Positions 50,977 through 64,000 of a DNA stretch of 64,000 nucleotides are shown here, one piece after another. How positions within the stretch are numbered: the first letter of the stretch is position 1; every line of letters starts with the position of its first letter. The stretch covers positions 17,298,001 through 17,362,000 of the forward strand of contig OY740791.1 of the NCBI GenBank assembly GCA_963514005.1, given 5' to 3'. The translations under genes were made by a program, and so were the position numbers. The notes beneath the pieces were generated by a model. It was not told the DNA's origin, did not search any database, and saw only the letters and a list, made by a program, of their open reading frames with translations. Source of the DNA: Raja brachyura. Taxonomy: Eukaryota.

Positions 50977-51152
50977 CTTGTTATAATCCATGAAATTGCT
51001 TGGCACTGGCTGATGGAATGTGTTTGAAGGTGTCACCATTCCAGTATCATCTCTTTCCAATGTCTGATGTTGAGAAAATGAAGCTGGGTCTGACATAGAT
51101 TGATGCATTAAATGACCACCCATCACTCCTTGGGACCAACCAGATATTCCAT
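50977..51152 (-). CDS. ANKHD1: ANKHD1 coding exon, preceded by a 104-nt intron
   Basis: (D)GISGWSQGVMGGHLMHQSMSDPASFSQHQTLERDDTGMVTPSNTFHQPVPSNFMDYNK; CAG acceptor, GTTAGT donor; 176 nt, phase 1 to 0. Confidence 0.92.
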
Positions 51153-51256
51153 CTGGAAGGGAAACATACCAATTGTAAGTGTTTGCATTTTTACTACTTA
51201 GCACTGTCACCTTAGTTCTCGGTCTTATTTTTCTCATGGTAACTACTAATCCTCAC

Positions 51257-51511
51257 CTGAATTATTGCTGACACCAAAGGACCAGATCCCTCCTTGTCCT
51301 ACAGGTGTTGTCAGGTTGCCACCCATCATGGTGGAAAGTGGTGTCATAGAGCTAGTCTGCCGAATGCGAGCTGACCTCTCTGTTCCAATAGGAGGTGGTA
51401 CCTTCCGATCTTGGTTTGCATTATTCGATTTTGCTTGGCCCAAGGAAGGAGGTGCAGAAGCAGCAGATAGGGGTGAAGAAGCTCCAGAAGAAACCGATGG
51501 AGGGGATTCAC
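51257..51511 (-). CDS. ANKHD1: ANKHD1 coding exon
   Basis: (C)ESPPSVSSGASSPLS...QDRKVPPPIGTERSARIRQ...GIWSFG; AG acceptor and GTGAG donor; 255 nt, phase 1 to 1. Confidence 0.93.
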
Positions 51512-53137
51512 CTGTACAGATATTTTAATACATAAGTTATAGCCAAGAATTTGTAAAAGTACATTATGCTACACAGTAGATATATTTTCAAGTGCTGTGC
51601 CGTATGATTAGATTTTTTTAAACTATAAATTCTGAACCATGAAAATTTCACTCAAAACAAGTGAGTTTTGCAAATTACTTCAAACCAATTGAAGAGTAAA
51701 ACATGACATGGAAATTAATCATTGTAAATGTAAAAATCGTCAAATTATAATTGATAATTGATCAAATTATTTAAAAACTGTGGCACAAATCATTCTGCTG
51801 TGCCATTTTCTTGATTTGAATATGTTAGCAATTCAGTTTGACAAGTAGTTTTATCTAGCAATAGAAAAGCTTTGGCATGAAGCTTATGAGAATACACCTG
51901 ATCTTTCATTTGCTAATCTCAAAAAATAATTTGTACATAATACAGACATGCCTTACAAGTAGCGTATTATCTCAGGAGATTAAGAAACCTCAAATGTTGG
52001 TAATCAAATAAAAATTTACGGCAAGGTGATATTTGTGTTCAAATAGAACCGGTTATTTCACCCACAATCCTTATGGTCACTTTTAAGGAAACATAGAAAA
52101 TACAAGGAAATCCCATGACTTAGAACTTGATTTTTTTTAACCTAACGTAATAAAGAGACCCTGAGGCAACTGCTGGGCATATGGAAGTAGGAGCTAATTA
52201 CAAACTTTGTAGTTCAGTAATCACCACAATTCTGTCCTTTTTCAAAATGGGGATACATCATCAAATTTGTCTCATTTTTGGCAGGTAGTGTTCCTTGGAA
52301 GCTCTTTGGAATAAATAATGCATTAAAAACATTGCATGTCCTGTTATTTAATATCTGACTTTCTTCATTGAGGTCAACCTTCTAACGTCACTCTTAGGTC
52401 ACTGTGAATCTTAACAGCTCTGTCTCCCTTGGTTTGGCTGCTGATGGGAGATTGAGAAAGCTTTTTAAACAATATAAACAAGAGAACAGCTACCACTCAT
52501 CACTTTCCTCAAAGCTGTATATACACAAAGTGTAGATAACGTTTCAAAAATGTGCGCTAACGCCTGCCATTAAATTGTTCTACATTTCATCAATATTGAA
52601 AATCATGGTTTTAGACACTTGTGTAAAAATGTAATGCCATTTATTTAGATGAATCATCTACTATGAAAGAAACAATGAAAGATTAAAAACAAATTTACCA
52701 GTTGGCAATCAGTTTAATTTTCAATGTACATATTGAGATTCTAGCTTGTAAAATAATCAAAGCCACCTTGGCAAATTGTCTTGGCAGATATTTATTCACT
52801 GCATATAAGTAACGGCCACAAGATTGAAAGTTCATTTCATTATGTGTGCCTTCATATGTAATCACTGAATGTGAATTTAATCAACTTTACATAGAATTAA
52901 AAAGTTTGAAATTCTCCCTAAAAATCTCAGGGCTAATGTTCAGTTTTGGTATTGCACCTTCTTTAGTATTTTGGTTTGCAAAGCTAGTATCACAATTCTC
53001 TAACTATATTTTTAAGATTGGATCATGGAGGTTTTTACACGAGTGCAAATAATGACTAGTGGGTCCTAGATTGAGGAGTACAACTTCCCGTGCCCAAAAA
53101 CACCACTAAAATAAAGAAAGGATCAGCTTGTACATAC

Positions 53138-53329
53138 ATGTAGCTGAAGCAGTTGTTGAACTCCAAGGGTGTGGGGAAAAATGTTGTCTGCTGAAGCTAG
53201 GAGCAGGCATTCCTACAGGGGCTGGTCCTTGTACATACACCTGACTTCCAGCCATACTTGGAGCAAAACTCGTCATTGGGGTGGAAGAGGAAGAAATGGC
53301 ATTGCCTGATGGGTCCATAGCAGACATTC
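53138..53329 (-). CDS. ANKHD1: ANKHD1 coding exon
   Basis: (G)MSAMDPSG...QGPAPVGMPAPSFSRQHFSPHPWSS; AG acceptor and GTATGT donor; 192 nt, phase 1 to 1. Confidence 0.92.
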
Positions 53330-54404
53330 CTTCAAAGACATTTTTAAAAAAAGCACATGTAATGGAATATTTGAGAAATGCACATCATAAAAAGTGACTT
53401 ATCAATAACTTGCACATTTCTCTTTAATTCTCTTTAATTAGGGGTAATAATTAAAGCTACAAGTGTGTTTCACTTAAATGTCTCACTGCAAAAATGGTAG
53501 AGAAAAATAGTTGTAGTCTCATTAAAAAAAAAATGTAGAGGGCATGGACATTACATTAAACTAAGAGGGACCGATTAAAAACAGGCAGGTTGAACACATT
53601 TTGCCTAGCACCATTGAGCATCAGTGATATGGCACAAATGTACTTTACCTGACAGCTCCCGCTACCTCAAGAAAAAATATATAATCTTGTTCAATAATAA
53701 ACACCAGTTGGCAGTTTGTTCCACCGTTCTATTAGATCACTGTTGATCGACTTCAACCTCTATTTATCTGCCCTTGCAGCTCAAACAAAAAGGTCCATCT
53801 CAATTTTGAAAATTTATCGTTGGAATTTTGAGAAAGCAGGTCCTGTTTTTATATTGCCTTATGGGGGAAAACGGTGCTTTTCCATTGTATTTCCTCCTAA
53901 ATGGCCTAATTGCAATCTTAAAAGATCACCTGTATTTATATCATTCATGATTACTAATATTTATATAAATCCTTAACATTCTAAAGTCAATAGAATGTAA
54001 AGAATATTTATGCAACCTTCCCTCACATTTACTCTTAGAAATCTAAAGCGAAACTCTGCGGCCAACTCAAGAACCATGTATAGCCAGAGATAGACCAATG
54101 TTCCAGTGGGCAACGTGGTCAAACAAGGTCCCAAGAAAGTTGAACATTTCCAATGACAACTGTGAGAATGTAGCCCAAAACCATTCATTCTCATGTGCTA
54201 AGACTAATGCAGTCACCTTGGTGAAGCACAAGAGGTTACGGGGCATGGTTTGCTTGCAAGTCCAAAACAGACTATACTCCAGCATCCATCAAGGGAATGG
54301 ATTTGCAGCTACTGTAGGAAGGGTTAACATTCATTCACTCTTCACCCGCACCACTGCCAAGCACCATTAACTGACTGTGGCTATCTTTGGTTCTTTTTCC
54401 TAAT

Positions 54405-55020
54405 GGCAAGATGGTAATGCTAGCATTTATTTCGAGGGGGCTAGAATACAAAAACAGGGATGTAATGCCGAGGCTTTGTCGGGCACTGGTCAGACCACAT
54501 TTGGAGTATTATGAACAATTTTGGGCCCCATATATGGGGAAGGATGTGCTGGTGTTGGAGAGGGTCCAGAGGAGGTTCACAAGAATCATCCCAGGAATGA
54601 TTGGCTGATACACGATGAGCGTTTGAAGGCACTAGGCCTGTACCCACTGGAGTTTAGAAGGATGAGGTGGGGACCTCAGTGAACAGTGAAAGGCCTGGAT
54701 AGAGTGAATGTGGAGAGGATGTTTCCACTAGTGGGATAGTCTCGGAGCAGAGACCATAGCCTCATAATAAAAGAACGTAACTTTACAAAGGAGATGGAGG
54801 ATTTTATTTAGTAAGGAGGTTGTGAATCTGTGGAATTCATTGCCACAGATGGTTGTGGAGGCCAAGTCAATGGATATTTTTGAGGAGATCGACAGATTCG
54901 TCATTAGTAAGGGTGTCAGGGGTTATGGAGAGAAGGCATGAGAGAGGGAATGATAGATCAGCCATGATTGAATGGTGAAGTAGACTTGATGGGCCTAATG
55001 GCATAATTCTGCTCCTATAA
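54405..55020 (+). mobile_element. Decayed CR1 3' fragment
   Basis: LVRPHLEY...VQRRFTRIIPG, with frameshifts. Confidence 0.85.
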
Positions 55021-55975
55021 CTGATGAATTTGCGGCTTGCCTCGAAAAGATTCTGATGAATTTGTACTTTATTTCTTTCAACGGTTGTGAGGGGACAGAA
55101 TTTTAAATCATTGAGGTTGCAAGATATTTTTCCCCACCTGCATATAAACCTATTTGGGATTGCAGCTTGTCTAGTACTGAAAGAATCCATGTCCTTTCAC
55201 AAATACCATATTTAATTTTGACGGCCATTATGATGCTTACATCTTCCCCAACTCTAAAGTACCATCTACCCGCATACACATACATATTCATAGATTATTA
55301 CGAAAGCATGTACTACTAAAAACAAGCATATTTGATGAACAGCATACAAAATAAAATTCATTTAGAATTTATCTGGGTTGATGCTAAACTTCAGAATGCA
55401 TTGCTGTAAAGTGTAAAGCATTTCAGTTACTCCCTTACCTGTAGCAAGCTCACACTAATAATTATCTACTGTGAGGGAATTCATAAATTGAATGAATAAA
55501 CATTGTAATTTAATATTGAGTTTTGATATACCCCGACAATAAAAAGGGACACAAACTACCAAAAATCGCACAGAATACACCACATGCCAGATTCTTGTCC
55601 TGAAAAATGTTGGCTGCTTTCCTATTGATCAATTCTTCTAATTATGGGAATTACCTGTTCCTGAACATATTCAGAAAAATCTTAAAATGCAAAACGACCC
55701 ATTTCTAATAATAATTACTGGTCTAGGGTGGGGAAATTAGCCCTAAATAATCCTATATATATAGTTACATTGTTAGAAAGAAAAGGCTCCAGGAGATTAG
55801 GGAACGAGGTAAGCAAGTACATAAGCTAGTAACATTTTAGAATATTAACTGCCCATGTTTCGGAATATTTACAATGATTGCACTGAAACTCAAAATAGTT
55901 TACATCAGCATCCCCAAATCAAGAATAAACGTGTAATAAACAAAATAAGTAATTTACATTTTCTGTTCGTCTCAC

Positions 55976-57618
55976 CTGTTGGGCTTGAAGTCACTCTTTG
56001 TGAAGGTGGCCTGAAACCGGGAGCCTTGGAATTATCATGAGGAAGCACTCCATCTAATTGTCCAAGTACAGAGTTGCCCATGTAGTTAGAATGTCCACTG
56101 AATGTTGGATCTTGCGTTGGCCGTGAAGGCAGTGGACAACTTCCCCAAACGTGATTTGCTGTCATCTGGGTATTGTCAAAGAAACTGTTGAAAGGGCTGA
56201 AGAGAGCTGCAGAGCCAAAGTTTGGAGGCAGGGATTTGCTCCCGGGGTTTGCATGAATCTGAGAAACATTCAGCATGCCAAGTGCAGATGAAAGCTGCAT
56301 AGAAGGTACGCCATGCTGCTTCATTGGATCTTGAGAAGAAACCATCGGAACTGGGTTTGGGACAAAAACAGATTGCGCCTCTTGCTGGACATGGGGATAG
56401 AAAGGAGCACCAGGTTGAATTCTGTGCGATACTTGAGGAGAAGCTGCAGCTAACTGAGGTAAAGTGTTGTTGGTCTGAACGGTAGGGCAAGCTGATTTAG
56501 TCACTGGGCGAGTAGATGCGAGACTGCTTGGGACCACTAATCCGTGATCTGAATTCGAAATATAAGGCTTCGCCAAAGTGGGCCGAATATCTGAGGAGCT
56601 ACGGCTTGCAATTTGTGGCAGAATGCTGGGAAGTGATGAAGTTGGTTGTATTCCTATAGCTCCAGAATTACTGTTGACTGAGGAGCTGCTGCAGATATTT
56701 GAAAGTGCGCACTGGCTCCCTGCTGGTTGATCTGTGGTGGTCACCTCTTCCTTTGAAGTGGCGGTGGTAAATGATTCATTCTTAGTCAATGACATGGACT
56801 GCTGAGAAGGCTGTGCAACAACTGGTGGAGGTGGTGGTGGAGTAGGTGGTTGCCCATTGCTCACTGATACAGTTGAACTTACAGGCAGCGAACAGGAACT
56901 GCTTGTCACAGCTGAAGTCACAGATATCATGGTGTTAGATTTATTGACCGAGGTGAAGAGTTGTTTTCTGGCCGATGTAGTTGGACTGCTTGTAACACAC
57001 AAAGACTGCGTCGTGAAAGTTGGAGAACTCACAGCCACAGAAGGTGAATTGATAGAAGCTGAATTACCACTGTCGGCATGAACAATATTGCCGCCTTGGT
57101 TTGTGAGACGAGTTGTATTGTGTTTCGGTGAACTGTTGGCACTCCCAGGGCTTACAGGTCTTACTGGGAAAGGACCCCAAGTGTTTGGTGATGGAGAGAA
57201 GGTTCCTCCAAAGTGCGCCATGGGTAACCGTGGGTGCCGAATCTGCTGAATGGTTTGAGCAGCTAACAAAGCATGTGCCAACTGTGGATGTGAATAAGCC
57301 AACGGAAGCGAGACGGAAAATGTAGGACGCATATTGTTTGATACAATATTTTTACCGGATTTGTTAATGGATTGTAATGATGCAGATGATGGTGTAGCCA
57401 GAGAAGCTGTTGAAGATGACGACATCATTGAAACGCTTATTCTGTTTCCTGCAGTTGTAGTGCTAGATGTACTTGTCGCAGCAGTAGACCCCATTCTTGT
57501 GTTGGCCGTGACACTTTTGATATGATTTCGAGGAATCAAATCTTCCAGTTCCTTTGCAGGATCCTGAATTAGTGCATTAATCAGCTGCACTGCATGTCTT
57601 GTAGATTCTGTGCCACCT
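55976..57618 (-). CDS. ANKHD1: ANKHD1 large exon: end of KH domain plus Ser/Thr/Pro-rich low-complexity region
   Basis: GGTESTRHAVQLINALIQDPAKELEDLIP...QQIRHPRLPMAHFGGTFSPSPNTWGPFPVRPV...KAPGFRPPSQRV (ORF 55905..57590). AG at 57619-57620, GTGAG donor at 55971-55975; 1643 nt, phase 2 to 1. Confidence 0.95.
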
Positions 57619-58399
57619 CTGTAAAGAGCAAAATATAAAGCTTTATCATGAGTGAAAGTTTGTTTAGATTCCTTCGATTTTTGCTTGCAATTAAATGTGG
57701 TTCAGCTCAATTCATTGGCCAAGATAGTGAGAGAAAAAGCAGGAAATTGTTGGCCAGTTAGCCTACCAAGTGTAATGGGAAATATTGGAAAATAAGTGGT
57801 AATAAAACAGGACACTCAGAAAATCATAAGGCAATCAAGCAGAATCAATATGATTTTATGAAAGGGAAATCCTGAAAGGTTCCTGTAGATGTTATGTTCT
57901 TGGATTTCCAATAGGCAGAGGTTTGGGATGAGAATGTTATCTTCAGCCTGGTGGGGTGGGGTATAACAGATCAATGCTGAAACCCATTTATTTATGATCT
58001 GTATTACTGATTTGGATGAAGGCACAGTGCGCAATGGCCTCATTTGCTAATGATATGTTCAAATATGTAAAGATGTGGTTACGAGAGAGCATATTGGCAA
58101 ATTAAGTAATATGATTAAATTTGAAAGGTTATTCAATTTGAAAGAATGGAATGAGCTACAAAATGTTGTGGTATAAAGAGGTCTGGGGGCCCTAGTGTAT
58201 CAAACACAAAATGCAATGTTGTTACAAGAAGTAATTATGAAGGCGAAAGGAATATTGCCAAAAAGTATGCAGTACACAATAAGAGAAAAGATAATGCAAC
58301 TTTTTCGTAGATTGACAAAAAGTGCAGGAGTAACTCAGCAGGCAGGCAGTATCTCTGGAGAAAAAATATGGGTGACGTTTCAGGTTGGGACCCTTCTTA

Positions 58400-60010
58400 T
58401 AAACATAGAAACACAGAAAATAGGTGCAGGAGGTGGCCATTTGGCCCTTCGAGCCAGCACCGCCATTCATTGTGATCATGGCTGATCGTCCGCTATCAAT
58501 AACCCGTGCCTGCCTTCTCCCCATATCCCTTGATGCCACTAGCCCCTAGAGCTCTATCTAACTCTCTCTTAAATCCATCCAGTGATTTGGCCTCCACTGC
58601 CCTCTGTGGCAGGGAATTCCATAAATTCACAACTCTCTGGGTAAAAACGTTTTTTTTTACCTCAGTCTTAAATGGACCTCCCCCTTATTCTAAGACTGTG
58701 GCCCCTGGTTCTGGACTCACCCAACATTGTGAACATTTTTCCTGCATCTAGCTTGTCCAGTCCTTTTATAATTTTATATGTTTCTATAAGATCCTCCCTC
58801 ATCCTTCTAAACTCCAGTGAATACAAGCCTAGTCTTTTCAATCTTTCCTCATATGACAGTCCCGCCATCCCAGGGATCAATCTGGTGAACCTACACTGCA
58901 CTGCCTCAATCACAAGGATATCCTTCCTAAAATTAGGAGACCAAAACTGTACTAAATACTCCTGATGTGGTCTCACCAGAGCCCTATACAACTGCAGAAG
59001 GACCTCTTTACTCCTATACCGAAATCCTCTTGTAATGAAGGCCAACATTCAATTAGCTTTCTTCACTGCCTGCTGTACCTGCACGCCAACTTTCAGTGTA
59101 CAAAGACACCCAGGTCTCGCTGTACCTCCCCCCTACCTAACCCCATTGAGATAATAATCTGCCCCCTTGTTTTTGCCGCCAAAGTGGATAACCTCACATT
59201 TATCTATATTATACTGCATCTGCCACGCATCTGCCCACTCACTCAACCTGTCCAGGTCCCCCCTGCAACCTCCCAACATCCTCTTCACAGTTCATACTGC
59301 CACCCAGCTTTGTGTCATCCGCAAACTTGCAGGTGTTGCTCATAATTCCCTCTTCCAAATCATTAATATATATGGTAAAGAGTTGCGGCCCCAACAACGA
59401 GCCATGTGGCACTCCACTCGCCACTGCCTGCCATTCTGAAAAGGACCCTTTCACTCCTACTCTTTGCTTCCAGTCTGCCAACCAATTTTCTATCCATGTC
59501 AACACCCTACCCCAATACCATGTGCTCTAATTTTAGTCACCAGTCTCCCGTGCGGGACCTTATCAAAGGCTTTCTGAAAGTCTAGATTCACTACATCCAC
59601 TGGCACCCCTACATCCATTTTACTTGTCACATCCTCAAAAAATTCCAGAAGATTAGTCAAGCATGATTTCCCTTTCATAAATCCATGTTGACTTTGACTA
59701 ATCCTTTTACTGCTATCCAAATGCCTCATTATTACCTCTTTAATAATTGACTCCAGCATCTTTCCCACCACCGAAGTCAGGCTAACTGGTCTGTAATTCC
59801 CCGTATTCTCTCTAGCTCCTTTCTTGAAAAGTGGGATAACATTAGCTATCCTGCAATCCACAGGAACTGATCCTGAATCTATTGAACATTGGAAAATGAT
59901 CACCAATGCGTCCACTATTTCTAGAGCCACCTCCCTGAGGACCCTGGGATGCAGACCATCAGGCTCAGGGGATTTATCATCCTTCAGTCCCATTAGCCTA
60001 CCCAATACTA
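58400..60010 (-). mobile_element. CR1 ORF2 RT fragment (~1.6 kb, frameshifted)
   Basis: KSPEPDGLHP, NYRPVSLTS, QHGF, LDFQKAFDKV, GVPHGSLLGP and FADDTKL motifs; 3' tail. Confidence 0.93.
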
Positions 60011-60109
60011 ATTCTTCAGACTAGCTCACACCTGGATTAATGCATACATATTTAGTCACTAAATTTAAGGAATTATATTTGCATTGTAGGCAATGCAAAC
60101 ATGGCTGAC

Positions 60110-60750
60110 TGGGTTAGAGTCATATAGCACGGAACCAGGCCCTTCAACTTGTCCATGCTCACCAAGATGCCCCAGCTACACTAGCCAGTTGCCCATGTTT
60201 GGCTCAAATCCCTCTAAACCATTCTTAAACATGTACCTATCCCAATATATTGTAACTGTTATGATAGTACCTGCCTCAACAACCTCCTCAGGCAACTCGT
60301 TCCATATACCCACCACCCCATGTGTGGAAAAGTTGTCCTTCTGATTCCTATTAAATCTTTCCCCTCTCACCTCAAACCAACGTCCGCTCCTTGATTCCCT
60401 TACACTGGGTAAAATATTCTGTGCATTACCCCATCTAATCCCCTCATGATTTTATACATCTCTATAAGATCACCCCTTCAGCGTCCTGCACTCTAAAGAA
60501 AAAAGTCTTATAGCCTGCCCAACTTCTCTCTACAAGTCAGTCCTGCCAATATCCTTGTAAATCTTATCTGCACTCTTTCCAGTTTAATAACATCCCTCCA
60601 ATTGACCAAAAAATGTATTGTACAACTGTAACATAACATCCCAACTTCTATACTCAATACCCTGACTGATGAAGGCTAATGTGCCAAAAGCCTTCTTGAC
60701 CACCCTTTCTAACTGTGATGCCACTTTCAATGAACTATGCACCTGTACTC
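60110..60750 (-). mobile_element. Older CR1 3' fragment
   Basis: GVVGIWNELPEEVVEAG and a typical CR1 3' UTR. Confidence 0.75.
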
Positions 60751-60869
60751 CTAGTCAAAAATCTAGCGTAAAGAGAGGTTGAAACTATCTCATTGAAGTT
60801 TTGATAAGAGAATGACAATCTTAATGAATTCAGGAATATAAGAGTCACTAATTAATTCAATACAGAATA

Positions 60870-61723
60870 AGCCAGTTCGGTATTCTGAAAAACGCAAGGA
60901 ATCATGGGATTTGTCAAAGGTCACTCGCGATAAACATTCTCGGCAGCTGTGCTGCTGCATGAAAACAGACCTGCGTTTCATCCTTGGTCATGATTGAACC
61001 CGGGTCTCCGGCGCTGTAAGCGCTGTTGAATTGCTACTGGACCGTCCCATCCCTAACCAGGGGCGGCCGGAGATGTCCGGGGTGTCCTTGGACAACTCCC
61101 GTCTGCACTAGCTGTAAGTCTGGACCGCCACTGCAACGGGTCGGTGTCCCATCAGTCCAGGGCTGTCGGTTAACCCAGCGGGACAGGCAGAGTTGTGCTG
61201 GAGTTAGCGCTTCTTCTCCGCACTGGCTGTAAGTGGGCCACCATTGCAACGGGCTGGTGTCCAGTCAGTCCAGGGCTGTCGGTTAACCCAGCGGGACAGG
61301 CAGAGTTGTGCTGGAGTTAGCGCTTCTTCTCCGCACTGGCTGTAAGTGGGCCACCATTGCAACGGGCTGGTGTCCAGTCAGTCCAGGGCTGTCGGTTAAC
61401 CCAGCGGGACAGGCAGAGTTGTGCTGGAGTTAGCACTTCTTCTCCACGCTGGCTGTATGTCTAGGCCGCCACTGCAACGGGCCGGCGTCCTGTCAGTCCA
61501 AGGTCACTCCGGACATCTCCGGCAGTCCCTGGACAGGGAAGGGACACTCGGGAGGGAATGGTCCAGTAGCAATTCAACACTGCTTGCAGCGCCGGAGACC
61601 CGGGTTTGATTCTGACTACGGATGAAACGCACGTCTGTATCCATGCATCACCAGAGCTGCCGAGAATGTTTATCGCGAGTGACCTATGACCTGGGCATGC
61701 GCAGTCGGAACACCAAACTCGCT
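60870..61723. mobile_element. Same TIR element family, copy 2, with ~220-bp imperfect arms and an internal tandem array
   Basis: TA-flanked; arms share ACTCGCGATAAACATTCTCGGCAGC, CCCGGGTCTCCGGCGCTG and TGTTGAATTGCTACTGGACC in inverted orientation. Confidence 0.8.
61103..61500. repeat. 113-bp tandem repeat, about 3.5 units
   Basis: CAGTCCAGGGCTGTCGGTTAACCCAGCGGG starts at 61153, 61266 and 61379; degenerate partial units flank these. Confidence 0.9.
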
Positions 61724-61894
61724 TATTCAGAAAAAAAACTTACCTCTTGCTTGCTTAGATATTGAAATCTCAATACAGGATAATTGAATAATGGGAAGAA
61801 TTTTGCAGTTGCAGCATGCACAGTTCCTCGTCGATACTGCAACTGCAAAAAAACTTCCCATTCCTATACTGACCTTTTTGTCCTAGACCACTTC

Positions 61895-62385
61895 CACACG
61901 CAAACTGGAGGAACGACATCTCATATTCCACTTGGGGAGCTTATAGCACCAATGGTCCAAATACTAATTTCTCCAAGTTTAGGTAACTAACCGAACGCAC
62001 CTCAATGCCTTTCGCTACCACCTTCCTCCACCTCTCTTTTTCCCGTGCCCCAACTGGACTCGCACCAATTTCTTCCCCTTCCACCAACGTTCCTTCCTCT
62101 GGTTTCACAATTAACAGCTCTTCTAACCTTATCTCACACCTTTTGTCATTTCATCTCTGACCTTTGTGCAACCATCTGCCTATCAAACACCCCATTCACG
62201 TGTTTCAACTTGTCACTCGCCACACTTTGCCATGCCCCTCCTCTCTTCCTGCTTTCTGCCCCCCCACCCCAACCCACAACAATCAGACAAAGTGTCCCGA
62301 CCTGAAACGTCACTTATCCATGTTCTCCAGAGATGCTGCCTGACCCATTGAGTTACTCCAGCATTGTGTGTCCTTTTTTTCTTTT
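61895..62385 (+). mobile_element. Decayed Penelope 3' end with terminal repeat
   Basis: AAACTGGAGGAACGACATCTCATATTCCACTTGGGGAGC and CCTGAAACGTC...AGATGCTGCCTGACCC. Confidence 0.7.
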
Positions 62386-62659
62386 TAAACCACAAAGATG
62401 TTAATTTTCATCAGAGGGTGGAGACACAAAAAAATATTTCCATTTGGGTTTGGTGTACTTTGAAGAGCTTTAGGAACATATGAGATAATTATGAGCATGA
62501 AACACTAGAATCAGCAAGCCAAGCCAGGAATATCACCGATCAACTTAAATATCATAGATCCCATGCAGGTTTCTTCCATCTTGAACGTTACCACAAGCAA
62601 AGCGCTTCGCAGCTTTTTTGCCGTTTGTCTTCGTAAATTCTAGTTAAACATCTAGTTAC

Positions 62660-62809
62660 CTTATTGTGATCATTCTTTCTCCATTTTTGTCTTTTTGCTT
62701 GTCAACATCAATGTGTGCACCAGTAACATCTTGAATAGCAGTTATATTGCATCCCCCTCTTCCCATTATCCTTGATACAACAGACGCTGGGACAGATAAT
62801 TTCTTTGAC
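62660..62809 (-). CDS. ANKHD1: ANKHD1 (MASK) coding exon encoding most of the KH domain; upstream exons lie beyond the window
   Basis: Manual translation gives (R)SKKLSVPASVVSRIMGRGGCNITAIQDVTGAHIDVDKQKDKNGERMITI(R), with the KH GxxG loop (GRGG). AG acceptor at 62810-62811, GTAAC donor at 62655-62659; 150 nt, phase 2 to 2. Not in the ORF track. Confidence 0.96.
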
Positions 62810-63199
62810 CTGGTTAAAGCAACTCTATATAAAAATCATAAAATTCTCAATATATCATCATTTCAATTTTGCATTTTCACATACAAACCCCACCCCCTCC
62901 CCCTCCCCCAAAAGCAAAAACATATGCCAGGATATGGAAACAGAGACACTAGCAGTCTTTGGTAACATATCACAAGCAAATATCCCACACACTTAAAATA
63001 ATATCCAAATATTAAAAGTTTACTCAAACATTCAAGACCCCGGCTAAGTTTTGTTTTACAATACCCATACATTTTCTATTATGTTAATCAGAATCAAAAT
63101 GTGGTTAATTTTAACTCTATGTCATGGAATCCAAAACAAATTTGATGCAGCTTTAACAATGCCCTTGCTCAATTTAAAGACCAAGAAGTAAATCCAAAC

Positions 63200-64000
63200 C
63201 CCGCTGACCTGACGTCTGTGGTAGGCATGTTACCGGAGAGGATTCTGAGGTATAAGTTATACATGCATTTGGAAACACCGGGGTTGATGAGGGATTGTTA
63301 GCATGTTTTTGAGCATGGGAGATCGTGTATCACACATTTGATTCCGTTTTTTAAGTAACCCAGATGGTTGATGAAGGCAAGAGCCTAGACGTATGGACTT
63401 GACCAAGGCCTTTGATAAGGTTCTGCATGGTAGGTTGCTCGGGAAATTTAATTAGCATGTAATCTAGGGAGAGGTAGCTATTTAGATACAGAATTGGCTT
63501 TGTTGTTGGAATCAGGGTGGTATGAAGGAGTCAGTCATAAAGTTGTACAGCAAAGATGGGCAAAAACACTATTTTTTTCTGTGAAGAAAGACGAAGACTG
63601 GGGAACTTGGGACAGTTAATGTAAGCGTCTTGAGGACAGTCAGTATGACAGTAGAGGTGGTGCTGAACATCCTATGGTGCATGAAGGTTGACAAATCTCC
63701 CAGGCCAAATATATCTGAGGACACTTTGGGAAGCTAGAAAAATAAATTGCAGGCGCCGTGGCTGAGATATATGCAGCATCATTAGATACGGATGAGGTTC
63801 TGGAAGAATGGAAGGTGGCTAATGTTATGCCTCTGTATAAGCAGGGCTGCATGGAAAAGCCTGGGAACTATAGACCAGTGAGTCCAACATCTGTGGTTGG
63901 TAAATTACTCAAGAGTACTCAGAAGGATGACGTATAAGCATTTGGTTACATAAGGGTTGATTGGGGACAGTCGGCATGGCTTTGTGTGCGGGAGATAGTG
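63200..64000 (+). mobile_element. Decayed CR1 RT fragments
   Basis: Remnants of KAFDKV, WKVANV and NYRPVS. Confidence 0.7.

Noticed and set aside
61103-61500. CRISPR-like array
   Set aside because: Units are contiguous near-identical 113-mers with no unique spacers, in vertebrate DNA with no cas genes.
55905-62809. Assignment to the paralogue ANKRD17
   Set aside because: The KH sequence (KKLSVPASVVSRIMGRGGCNITAIQDVTG, IQDPAKELEDLIP) and linkage to EIF4EBP3 fit ANKHD1.

Overview
Eukaryotic, repeat-rich vertebrate DNA. The repeat content (CR1, Rex/Babar, RTE, Penelope, tRNA-SINEs, Tc1) suggests a cartilaginous fish such as a skate or ray; this is an inference. Two host genes lie on the minus strand: the last seven coding exons of ANKHD1 (KH domain to stop, 62809 to 46656) and, about 8.5 kb downstream, the complete three-exon EIF4EBP3 gene (112 aa, 37742 to 24869). 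This is the same tandem arrangement as the mammalian ANKHD1-EIF4EBP3 locus. Most ORF-track entries are TE debris or chance ORFs. The strongest novelty candidate is a ~135-bp non-coding retroelement present twice (5149-5286 +, 39122-39250 -), each copy with its own 11-12 bp target-site duplication. Its first 54 nt fold by eye into a minimal HDV/CPEB3-like self-cleaving ribozyme, and the predicted cleavage-site G is exactly the first base of both insertions. Penelope-derived repeats add a second ribozyme class (minimal hammerheads), and several short fold-back copies carry their own TSDs. All calls were made by eye, without database searches.
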